Shown: positions 1-11,694 of the stretch, piece by piece
Layout of the letters: each line of letters starts with the position of its first letter
How positions within the stretch are numbered: position 1 is the first letter of the stretch
Position numbers and translations under genes: made by a program
Assembly: GCA_964304625.1 (NCBI GenBank)
Contig: OZ199839.1
Span: forward strand, 10,899,186-10,963,185
Source: Kudoa neothunni
Taxonomy: Eukaryota > Animalia > Cnidaria
Length of the DNA: 64,000 nucleotides
Reading direction: 5' to 3'
Notes under the pieces: model-generated
Seen by the model: the letters and a program-made list of their open reading frames with translations, nothing else
Told to the model about the DNA's origin: nothing
The model's database searches: none

Positions 1-1903
1 CTAGAAGAAACCAGTGGTAGCTTCGAGGGTTACGAAGAGAAAAAATTTGGTATTATATTAAAATAAATTTATCAATCACAATTTATAGCTATCGTTGAGG
101 CTGCTGGTGCAAGTACACTCTTTTCTTCACCCACAACAGTGGGCATAACTTTTAGTCCTTCTCCTTATGATCCCAGTAATAATGGTGCAGTAAAATTCAA
201 CATTTGTGATTTGAAACACTTTCATGCTGACAAACCAAGGCCAACTTCCGGAGGAGGAATTGTAACCCAATGCACGAATGAAAAATGTGGTACAACATGT
301 GCGACAAGTTCAGTTATAAAGGGACTAACTGCAGGAAAAGCATACATTATTGAGATTACACCAGCAAATTTAGACAGTTACACCGATTTTAAAGAATACT
401 TGTTTTTTAGAACACGTAACTAATCGTATTTTTTTATAATTAAATAATAAATATGAATAGTTGCATCATTAAACTTGGCTGTCACATCTCCTACACCAAC
501 CGACGTGAGTGTTGCAGTCAAAGCGATTGATGGTGACGTAGGCAAGACAGTTAACGAACCAACTTGCTCATATTACATAAGTGAAACTGGTAAGGAATCA
601 TTTGTAGAAGCCGTCTGCGAGGATAGTGTTCCATGTAGAGGATTTTGTAGAGAAACAAAGAACCTGATCAATTTAAATCCTAAAACAAGTTACGATATTA
701 AGGTCGTTTCAAACAAAGATTATGGTATTAAAAAATATGAAAGTGTTACCACTAGTATATCTTGATAATCGAAATTAAATTTAACTCACTTATTAGCATT
801 TTCAACTCTTACACTTTCACGTACGTTCTTGGACAAGGGTTTTAAAGTGGTTGGTACCTTAACATCACCATATCCAAAAGCAGTATGTCATTATAAAATT
901 AATGTTAAAAACGATCAAACTTCAAAAGAGGTTTATTCATGTCCAGCAGTTGTTTCACCCACTCCAAATGTTAGTCCGCCAAATTCCAACAATGGACAAT
1001 CATCTAGTTCATCTCAACAACAGAAACTACAGGCATCTCATTTATTCGGTGATAATAAATTAGCTGAGATATATGTTGCGAGAGCGGCTACTACTGAGAA
1101 TAATGTTGGAAGTTCGTCTACAACCACTCAAAATACAAATGTTCCGCCAAAGATCCCATCATGCACCGAACCACCGCTTTGCACTAAGATATTATTTAGT
1201 GAGGGGTACGAAGCGGATAAAGAATACGAGGTTTTGGTGACAGCTGCAGAAAGATCAACCGAAGTTCTTATAAATATTCCTAAAAGTATTTTAAAAATAT
1301 AATTTTATCTACTTTTTTTAATATTAATAATTACTATAGATATGCCTCCAGAACAGCCTAGTGAGGCAGAAAGAGAAATAGCTGTTATCATTATAAGGGA
1401 GGGAGATACACTAAAAATCTCTTCATTGCTACCCAAGGGTAGGGATGATAACGCAAAATGCAAATGGATATTAAGAAACACGAGCGAGACATCACAGTTA
1501 ATCGTGAAAAAATGCGAGACAGAACGTACTAATGGTTGCGTTCTTCCGACGTGCAAGTCCTTCACAATTGAAAACATACGTGACGAAAATGATTATCATT
1601 TAACCGTCATTTTGGCTAATGATTCTAAAGTCTTTGGTATCGGGAAAATTAAACGAGGTATTTAAAATCGAAGGAATAGTAATATAATTGATTATTTAGG
1701 AGAAACTTCAAATCAATCAAGGTAAATGAATTAGTAATAACAAACTATAATATATATTTAGGGCGAGTTCGACCATGTATTAGACTTGTATTTGATGTTG
1801 TAAAGTTAAATCATACTTTAGGATCATTTCTATTGTCATTCCAGTTGTTATCATTGTGGTAGGAGTTGGATTTTATTTTGGTTACTGGAAGAATAAAGGA
1901 TAA
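1..1903 (+). CDS. Cys-rich FN3-like repeat type I membrane protein, array copy 1 (5'-truncated by window edge)
   Basis: Exons ..49, 89-415, 461-754, 797-1285, 1340-1657, 1700-1721, 1762-1776 and 1822-1903 join in frame across GT-AG introns of 39-54 nt. The protein ends in the TM helix MIISIVIPVVIIVVGVGFYFGYW-KNKG*. Paralogous to 8009-10941 and 13606-16535. Confidence 0.88.
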
Positions 1904-2655
1904 GCATAGACAGCTCAAATATTCATTCAGAAATTAATTTATTACTCTCCTTTATTTTTAATTATTTCACATATTTTATATTTTAAAATAATATTTTTCG
2001 CAAAATTATAACAATACATTGTTATTTTATTTAAGGAAGTTTCCATTATATGATTAATATAACCTATAAATAATATTTATAGTTTAAGAGTATACAATCA
2101 ACGACGGTTATTGCATAGGTGAATATTGCGCTCTTTTTGTTTTGTCATTATTTTATCATTTCATAGACCCCAATTTTATCTTCTAAGTGTTTTAAGCTAT
2201 TACGGAAGCATTTAAAATTATTTTAGAATTATTTATGACTAATGGAAATGGATATCGCACTGTTCATTTTTATTGCGTATTAACATTCAATTCCCCTATG
2301 TGGTTGTTCGATTGATATTACACATTAATTTCGGTCACCATTAAATTTAACAAAATCTTATAATCAACGTGTATTATTATTATTTGGTACTTTTTTTTAA
2401 AATAAGTATAACGAAACTTAACGTTGTGATCAATGTTTTTCAAATTTTTTATTAATAAAAATGATTCAGCCTTAATTTATTTTGCAATAAAAATTGAACT
2501 ATTAGTATATGTAGAGAAGAGATATTTTTCATAATTATAAATTTTATCCACATGCATAGATTTATTAGTACCTTGGTTTCATTACATGCTCTTTATATCT
2601 GAACAGATTCGTTTATTATAAACTAAAGTGTGGTTGTCGGAACTTAAATTAAAAA
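1904..2655 (+). repeat. 3' flank of array unit, duplicated at ~10942-11694 (shorter version after copy 3, ~16536-16670)
   Basis: Direct sequence similarity, with scattered substitutions, to the region downstream of copy 2. Confidence 0.85.
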
Positions 2656-3184
2656 TTATGATAATAGTCCATATATTGTAAGCTTTCAGTATTAGATCGT
2701 TTTAACGTTAAATTTAATCTAATATATTGAATAGAGTATATAATAAGAATACGTAATGAATTTTTCCATTAAACGTGGAGTTAATTGTCGATAAAAGTAA
2801 AAAAAATATTAAAAGGCAATTGAGAACATATTTTTATTCCAAATAACCCATAGCGGTTTTTCGTTTCCTTTTCGGCACCGTCTTCACACTTCTGTATAGC
2901 GTCAATAACTTGTTTAATAACGTAATCCTAGGTTATATGATTCATATGTATAATTTCCATATAATACAAAATTATTCATTAAATATATTTTACATTGTGC
3001 CATATACTGTTCTATATTATCCTTGTAACATGACAACTTACAAATAAAACAGGAATTCCATTTGACTGTTATTTAAAAATATTATATTTTTAATGTATAG
3101 TTATATATTAACAAAGTCTAATATAAGTGAAAATCAAAAAAAAAGATATAAGAATGCTAAAAATAATTATTACAAAAACAATGC

Positions 3185-3780
3185 CGAAAAAGGGGCATGA
3201 TAAACCACCGATGACCGATTTCTCAATTGATCTTTTTGTTGATCTCGCAAACAAAGCTTTAAGATGACGTACAGAAACTTAGTTGATGCTATCGAAAATA
3301 TTGATAGCTTATCAAATACAGTTGATTTAGTAGTCATACCCCCAAATCTTTTGAGTAAATTGACTGATAATCGGTAAGAATTCGTCCACAGAGAGTACAA
3401 CAACATTGATATTGGAATTGTTCCCGATGTATGTGGCGAAGTAGAAATCTTTGTTAACTTCGAAAATGATGAAAATATCGAAAACGGCGGAGCCTTATGA
3501 TGTAAAATCACTCCCCGTCGCAATTTATACATGAACGCAATAAATGAAGACATGGTAACCTGTAACCCATAGTACAGACATTATCTATAATGATTTCTCA
3601 CACATGTATGAGTCGTATGAAAATTATTTTAAATTTTTTGCCGAAAACTTGTCATTACCAGTCGTAAAAAAACAAATTAGCTCGTGTTATGTCGAAGAGG
3701 CCTAGTGTAATATGCGCTATAAAGAGACCAACACTAAATGACCAATAATCGAGCAAGCGTGATGTTCCTAAATATTACAG
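3185..3780 (+). mobile_element. Degenerate piggyBac (PGBD2/3-like) transposase N-terminal remnant
   Basis: Broken + strand reading YRNLVDAIENIDSLSNTVDLVVIPP...LTD...GIVPDVCGEVEI resembles the 'V-I-PP...TD-E...P-DV-G-VE' N-terminal motif of PGBD2/3-type transposases. Stops and frameshifts are present. Confidence 0.5.
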
Positions 3781-3939
3781 TAAGTGACGGGTCGTGGGCA
3801 TCTGTCATGGTTTGATAGCTTACACAATACTGTTATTAATTTAATTGTATAAAAGAATCACAGTTATAGTAAATTATGTGACCTTTAATTTTAATTGGTT
3901 TCGAATAAGAGTTTGCATAATTTTACGACTCGTGGGCAC

Positions 3940-4190
3940 TTGAAGAGAACCAAACAGTTTCGTTCCCTGAAAGATAAAGTGGATATAATCCAATATTATG
4001 AGAGAACATCAAATTAGAAAAATAGCAAAATAAAAGCCCTCAATTATTTTAGCTGAAAATCTCTGTCCTCATTGAATAGTATTTTGAATAATAAAGAATG
4101 TATAATGAAGGCTCATAATGAAAGACATGCTACAAAAAGCCGAAAAACATTAAAAAAGGTCATTTCGATACGCTATACCAGTTGTTATCA
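3940..4190 (+). mobile_element. Tigger/pogo transposase remnant (CENP-B-type N-terminal HTH)
   Basis: KRTKQFRSLKDKVDIIQYYE...SSLNSILNNKECIMKAH...SRKTLKK matches the HTH pattern at the N-terminus of Tigger transposases. The reading is frameshifted. Confidence 0.6.
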
Positions 4191-4743
4191 ACGGGGGATC
4201 CGCGGCAGGAATACATGTGAAGATTTTTTATTGCCATCTAAATTTAAATAATGTATCCGATATGTTCGGCGATGTCGAATATGAACAATTTTGTCCATTT
4301 TAATTAATTATTATTCTCGTAACACATACCTAAATTTTTGAATAATTTTAATAATAAATATTTTAAACCTATTGATTTGTTAAAACCCGACTGAAAGTTG
4401 ATAGTGGTGCTCCAAGAATCTGAGTTCGTTTTTGAATGCAAGAGCCCGAATTTCATCAAATTTTATCGTTTCGTCTTATTTCCTTTAAAAATTTTTTGCT
4501 TAGCAAGCATTTTGCGATATCAGGGATTGTGTTATTCGGTCGCAATTGAAATGACAGATGGTGATGACCCATGCTTGCTTTCACTAATGAACAATATCCA
4601 AAAAGTTAACGCCCTTGATTAAGGTTTCTACGCGTGCCACGTCACATTTCTTATCACGCATTTTTACAATCTTATCATTACTTCTTTTTTTTTATTAGAG
4701 AATTTGAGTTTTCTTATATAGTTTATTAAAATTTCATAATAAA

Positions 4744-6507
4744 TGTCAGCTATTGTTGGTTGTTTTTTAAAGAAACAAACGAAGATCGAATGTCCAAATG
4801 CAATTTTCGCGGAGTTAAAATAGTTTTTAAAGATATGGCAGGTAAGCGAACGACTGGCCGTATAAATAGACATCTATTAAAAGCTCATAATATAACAAAG
4901 AACAACTATAATGAATTCAGTAATTTTATTTATAATTGATAGTGTTTATTTTTTTAAAGTTAAGAAAAAAAAATTCATTGGATTCATACGTAAAAAAATC
5001 TGGTAGAAACTATACACTTGCCAGTTTAATTGCTGTCGACGGATTCACAATTCTTAAATTTGTGGAAGTATGTTTATAAAGCAGGGCAGGCTTTTGAAAA
5101 ATTTGGTCATGAAATGCCACAAAACCCGTAAAAAATAACCAATATAATTAAATCAGAGGTCACCGAAAAAAATGAAATTATAAAACAAATTCAATCGGAG
5201 TATGAAGAAGGCAAGTGGTTAACGGTTATTATAGACGAATGGACCGTTGGCACTCAAAAAAAGGTTCATGACTGTTGTCTTGGAATCCGATATTAAAACA
5301 ATGTTTTGAAGACAAGCTGTTTGAATTCAACGTTAACGTTGATTCATTGGTCGCCGTTGTTTTAGATGGTGCATCGGCTATGGAAGATTTTCAGAAAAGT
5401 ATTTCCTGCATACCACAAGTTTGTCTTTCTCTCTCTCGGGGTTCTTTTAGAAATCAAAGGGGTTATTGGGAGTGATAACGATGTGGTTGATAAATGTTCC
5501 TCCAATGATTTATCAGATGTTGATATAGAAATTATTATTGATAGTAACTTATCGTGCATAATATTTTTTACATTTATAACTAGGTAACTATAGAGGAGCT
5601 GTGTTTCGAATGAAGAAAATGATAAAATTTTTCAAACATTCGCCATTGCTACAAGAGAGTTTGGATAAACGCAGGCTCAGTGGAAGCAAAAAACCCCTGC
5701 GTTTAATCATACATAGAAACCAGATGGAACCGCCTTTACGATGCAATGGAGAGATTTTTAGAATTATGTCAGGAGATAAGGAAATTTGAGAAGAAATTTT
5801 GTAATTTATCGACATTAATTTTGATATTTAGAAAAAACTAATAGAGTATCCGCCTGCTTCAGATATAATTCTTCTGGAAGATATAAAAATATCACTGCCC
5901 CTATAGTCCTTTTATTAAATGTATTATCAAAGGAAACAATCAATTATAAAGACACTCATGCAATTTTTAAATTTGTCTTGGACAATTTATACCAACAAAA
6001 CGACTCACACGTCACATCAGTTGTTTTTTCATGGGATCACAGAATCAGAGAACACCGAAACGTTGTTTTGGCAACTACTGTTTCATATTTTAATAATAGT
6101 TAAGAATTTAGTAATAAAGTCGACTTTCTCATTGTAGTAAAGAGAACTGCTATAATTTTATACAGCAGCAGCATGCGAGACTATTTACATCTGAAAACAA
6201 TGTTGACGTTGAGGACGTTCCACTTAACCCCATTACCAGTCAACATCAAGATCTTCATTCTGGGTTTCAAAGTTTCATAGCCTCAAGAAAAAATGAGAAA
6301 ATCATAAAAGCCTAAATTTTAAATTCTTCAAAGATTTTTTATCTTGAAGGAGTTTTAAATGATAACCATAAATTGCTAAAAAATGCGCTTGAAAGTGTAC
6401 AACCCTCTAGCGTTCTGTCTGAGAAGGTATTTTCAAGTTCCGGAAAATGTTTGAGAAAAAGAAAGGCTAGAATTAGTGATAAGCTGCTGGATACTCTTAT
6501 GATTTAA
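4744..6507 (+). mobile_element. hAT-superfamily transposase pseudogene (BED finger + DDE + C-terminal dimerisation domain)
   Basis: BED-like CWLFFKE..SKCNF and TTGRINRHLLKAH; TLASLIAVDGF; WLTVIIDEWT; VAVVLDGASAM..QVCL; KFFKHSPL..ETRWN; C-terminal VQPSSVLSEKVFSSSGKCLRKRKARISDKLLDTL. Many stops and frameshifts. Confidence 0.88.
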
Positions 6508-8008
6508 TCTATAAACAATTATTTTAATAAAATAAAAATAAAAACTATTATAACAAAATTATCAATTTATTTGTTTGACACTATTTCAATTCTACGTTAT
6601 TTATTTTATAATTCTGGATTTCGTTAAAAAATGATAGGTTGGCGTTTTTTCATAATCAAAAATGAAGGTATTTAAATTAAATTAATTGTCGCGCTATTGT
6701 TAGAAATCTTTAATTTTTACAATTAGTACACAACAAATTTCGTACTTTTTTTAGTGTATTATTTTCTTAAACTTGTCTAAATTAAAGCGTATTTGAAGTA
6801 ATTATATATTTTTTAGAAAGTTCAGAGTAAATCGAATCAATAATTTTTTTGGTTAGTTGAAGTTTAAAAACTGTAATTTTCTAATCTTTATCTTAATAAT
6901 ATCGTGTTGTTGATGAACAAAACTAAAGGTTAAGATCTGTTCGGTTTTCGGTTTTGCCAAAAACCGAGACTGATTTTAAAGTGTATTTATTAATTCATAT
7001 AATTAAGCTTCTATTATCAATTCATGCAGTGTTTTAAACAAAGAATGACTAAAATAAGTTTCCAATCTACCACATTTTTACATACTTTGATAATGGTAAA
7101 GTATTCGGCATCTAAAAAACGTCCTCTTGCACATGTTTTTTCGAATTTCTTTTTTCATGATTCTTGATTATAAAATAAAGGAATATGGAGAGCAAAAATT
7201 CAGCTCAAAATAATAACTTCAAAATTTTGAGAATTATTCATCCGGACGCGGTTGGATACACGTGCAATGCCCATCTTCTTTCAACAAAAATTGAATTATT
7301 TTGTTTCTTTCTTAGTTATTAACTCAAAAGTTATTTATTATTACTATTTAGATTTTTACTATTGATATATGGAAATTTTATATAAACCAACTTTAAAAAT
7401 ATACTTATTGCAGATTTCGGAAAATTAACGCATGTTTCATTATAATAAAAATAATTTTAGAATTTTAAAAATGGACCTTGATGTCGTACGATTTTTTTTA
7501 GTTTATAACTTTTTTTATTAAAATTTAGAAACCTAATTTTTTAAAATGATAAAATTTAATTTTTTTACCGTGTAGTATCTGTAATATATTTAAAAAAATT
7601 CTTAAGCTACGTTTATATTGTTTTATAAGTTTTTTTATATGTCAAAATTCGGTAACAAATTCAACAAAATGTACGAATTGAGAATATTACAAGATGTAAA
7701 CACAATATGTTAACTAAGGTCATTATTTTTATCGGTATACATATAATTGACTAAAACTAATAAATTTATAGAAATAACAATTTTTGGAATTTATGGTAAT
7801 AGTATTTTTATTTAATTTTTATCTGAAATGATTCACCGCGACATTAACATAAGTCTTTTTATATTAAGGCAATTTGATTTATTACGTGTTATGCGCAACC
7901 TATAATATTTGACATTCATTAACACATGAATAGGCGTATACATACACAAATAGTTATTGTTTATTCAAACTGTATAATATAGTCGGATTTACTACATACT
8001 TTATAATT

Positions 8009-10941
8009 ATGTATAATTATTTCGCATTTTTTGCAGTGATTAGTGGAATTTTATGTAATAAATTATGTAAAATCACATTCTAACTTTATTATCATAGTTA
8101 ACGATAAATATTGTGCTGAAAACCCCCCCAAAGTCCCTGAAAAAGTCCTTTCATATCTTGTTGCAGACAACAATAAAGTGCAACTGATTTTATCTGGCTC
8201 AGTATATGGCGTGACCGATACTAAATGTCTTATCAAGAAGCAAAATGATCCCATCAGCGAGTTTACGAACATTAATACTTGTGATGGAAATGAAGCTAAT
8301 ATAACTGGGAAATGTGTTCGTACATGTACTGGAGAAAACAACAAATTGACATTCAATGCGTTATCGCCTAGAACCGAATATATTTATGTGTACTCAGGAA
8401 ATAATGCAGAAACAATAAAAGAAAATACTAAAGGTGGAGACGTTTTCGGACTTTCGATTCGTATTTTAAATTAAATTTTTCCGTATAATAAATTAAATAT
8501 AGCACTTTTGGTAAATCCATTTATCACAATTTCCACAGATGATTCTCAGAAACTAAAGCTTGAAGCTAAAACATGTGCAAAAGTGAATTGCCCGATTTAT
8601 TACAAAGGTGTGAAATATGCTGAAGGTACGGCGGGAGGAGACTGTGATACTCCTAATACAGCAAATACAGTTGATTTTGACATCATGATACCTCATTATG
8701 AGATGAAATGCATTAATTATCCCAGTTTCTTTTACGAAATGCCGAATCCATACATGAAAAAGAATATTGATGTTTATAAACCACAATATTATGTAGCATA
8801 TAAGACCGACGATAAAACAAAATATCTCTTAAAATTTACCAATCCATTCCCAGCTGAGATATGTTTGTTCAATATTAAAGATGCGGCGACTGATGCTTCT
8901 GGAAGTACGGCGAGTTATGCATCAGTGTGTGGAGGTGAAGACGGAAAGAAGTGTTTTGCACCCTGCAATAATGTCGAACTAATACTCGCTGAAACTAAAC
9001 CTATTGTTAAAATATTAATTCAAACTAGGCATCATAAACTAGAAGAAACCAGTGGTAGCTTCGAGGGTTACGAAGAGAAAAAATTTGGTATTATATTAAA
9101 ATAAATTTATTAATCACGATTTATAGCTATCGTTGAGGCTGCTGGTGCGAGTACACTCTTTACATCACCCACAACAGCGGGCATAACTCTTAGTCCTTCT
9201 CCTTATAATCCTAGTGATGATACAGTTAAGTTCACCACTTGTGCTTTGAAACATTTCCCCGCCGACATACCGAGGCCAACTGCCAATGGAGCAACAACGA
9301 AATGCACAACCAATGATCCATGTACCAATGATTGTGCAACCAGTCACGTTATAAAAGACCTACTAACTGCAGGGAAAGCATACATTATTGAGATTACACC
9401 AGCAAGCATATCTAACCATAATGACTTTAAAGAATACTTGTTTTTCAGAACACGTAACTAATCGTATTTTTTTATAATTAAATAATAAATATGAATAGTT
9501 GCATCATTAAACTTGGCTGTCACATCTCCTACACCAACCGACGTGAGTGTTGCAGTCAAAGCGATTGATGGTGACGTAGGCAAGACAGTTAACGAACCAA
9601 CTTGCTCATATTACATAAGTGAAACTGGTAAGGAATCATTTGTAGAAGCCGTCTGCGAGGATAGTGTTCCATGTAGAGGATTTTGTAGAGAAACAAAGAA
9701 CCTGATCAATTTAAATCCTAAAACAAGTTACGATATTAAGGTCGTTTCAAACAAAGATTATGGTATTAAAAAATATGAAAGTGTTACCACTAGTATATCT
9801 TGATAATCGAAATTAAATTTAACTCACTTATTAGCATTTTCAACTCTTACACTTTCACGTACGTTCTTGGACAAGGGTTTTAAAGTGGTTGGTACCTTAA
9901 CATCACCATATCCAAAAGCAGTATGTCATTATAAAATTAATGTTAAAAACGATCAAACTTCAAAAGAGGTTTATTCATGTCCAGCAGTTGTTTCACCCAC
10001 TCCAAATGTTAGTCCGCCAAATTCCAACAATGGACAATCATCTAGTTCATCTCAACAACAGAAACTACAGGCATCTCATTTATTCGGTGATAATAAATTA
10101 GCTGAGATATATGTTGCGAGAGCGGCTACTACTGAGAATAATGTTGGAAGTTCGTCTACAACCACTCAAAATACAAATGTTCCGCCAAAGATCCCATCAT
10201 GCACCGAACCACCGCTTTGCACTAAGATATTATTTAGTGAGGGGTACGAAGCGGATAAAGAATACGAGGTTTTGGTGACAGCTGCAGAAAGATCAACCGA
10301 AGTTCTTATAAATATTCCTAAAAGTATTTTAAAAATATAATTTTATCTACTTTTTTTAATATTAATAATTACTATAGATATGCCTCCAGAACAGCCTAGT
10401 GAGGCAGAAAGAGAAATAGCTGTTATCATTATAAGGGAGGGAGATACACTAAAAATCTCTTCATTGCTACCCAAGGGTAGGGATGATAACGCAAAATGCA
10501 AATGGATATTAAGAAACACGAGCGAGACATCACAGTTAATCGTGAAAAAATGCGAGACAGAACGTACTAATGGTTGCGTTCTTCCGACGTGCAAGTCCTT
10601 CACAATTGAAAACATACGTGACGAAAATGATTATCATTTAACCGTCATTTTGGCTAATGATTCTAAAGTCTTTGGTATCGGGAAAATTAAACGAGGTATT
10701 TAAAATCGAAGGAATAGTAATATAATTGATTATTTAGGAGAAACTTCAAATCAATCAAGGTAAATGAATTAGTAATAACAAACTATAATATATATTTAGG
10801 GCGAGTTCGACCATGTATTAGACTTGTATTTGATGTTATAAAGTTAAATCATACTTTAGGATCATTTCTATTGTCGTTCCAATTGTTATCATTGTAGTAG
10901 GAGTTGGATTTTATTTTGGTTACTGGAAGAATAAAGGATAA
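8009..10941 (+). CDS. Cys-rich FN3-like repeat type I membrane protein, array copy 2 (~846 aa, 10 exons)
   Basis: Exons 8009-8054 (signal peptide MYNYFAFFAVISGIL), 8098-8460, 8503-9087, 9127-9453, 9499-9792, 9835-10323, 10378-10695, 10738-10759, 10800-10814 and 10860-10941. Total 2541 nt, in frame, all introns GT-AG. Modules end in FN3-like L-x-P-x-T-x-Y-x-I/V-x-V motifs. Confidence 0.9.
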
Positions 10942-11694
10942 GCATAGACAGCTCAAATATTTATTATGAAATTAGTTTATTACCCTCCTTTATTTATAAT
11001 TATTTTAATATATTTTATATTTTAAAATAATATTTTTCGCAAAATTACAACAATACATTGTTATTTTATTTAAGGAAGTTTCCATTATATGATTAATATA
11101 ACCTATAAATAATATTTATAGTTTAAGAGTATACAATCAACGACGGTTATTGCTTAGGTGAATATTGCGCTCTTTTTGTTGTGTCATTATTTCATCGTTT
11201 TATAGACTCCAATTTTATCTTTTAAGCGTTTTAAGCTATTATGGAAGCATTTAAAATTATTTTAGAATTTTTTATGACTAATGGAAATGGATATTCCGCT
11301 GTTCATTTTTATTGCGTATTAACATTCAATTCCCCTATGTGGTTGTTCGATAGATATTACACACTAATTTCGGTCACCATTAAATTTAACAAAATCTTAT
11401 AATCAACGTGTATTATTATTATTTGGTACTTTTTTTTAAAATAAGTATAACGAAACTTAACGTTGTGATCAATGTTTTTCAAATTTTTTATTAATAAAGA
11501 TTCAGCGTTAATTCCTTTTGCAACAAAAGTTGATCTATTAATATATGCAGAGAAGAGATAATTTTCATAATTATAAATTTTATCCGCATACATAGATTTA
11601 TTAATACCTTGGTTTCATTACATGCTCTTTATATCTGAACAGATTCGTTTATTATAAACTATAAGTGTGGTTATCGTATATTAGATTAAAAATT

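Noticed and set aside
1305-1577. Antisense ORFs repeated in each array copy (also 8063-8356, 8553-8786, 10343-10615, 14147-14380, 15937-16209)
   Set aside because: These are shadows of sense-strand exons. They recur only because the locus is duplicated.
139-1665. Reading the array ORFs as a prokaryote-style operon of separate small genes
   Set aside because: The gaps are AT-rich GT-AG introns and the exons join in one frame from signal peptide to TM helix. Most ORF-track 'starts' are internal GTG/TTG codons.
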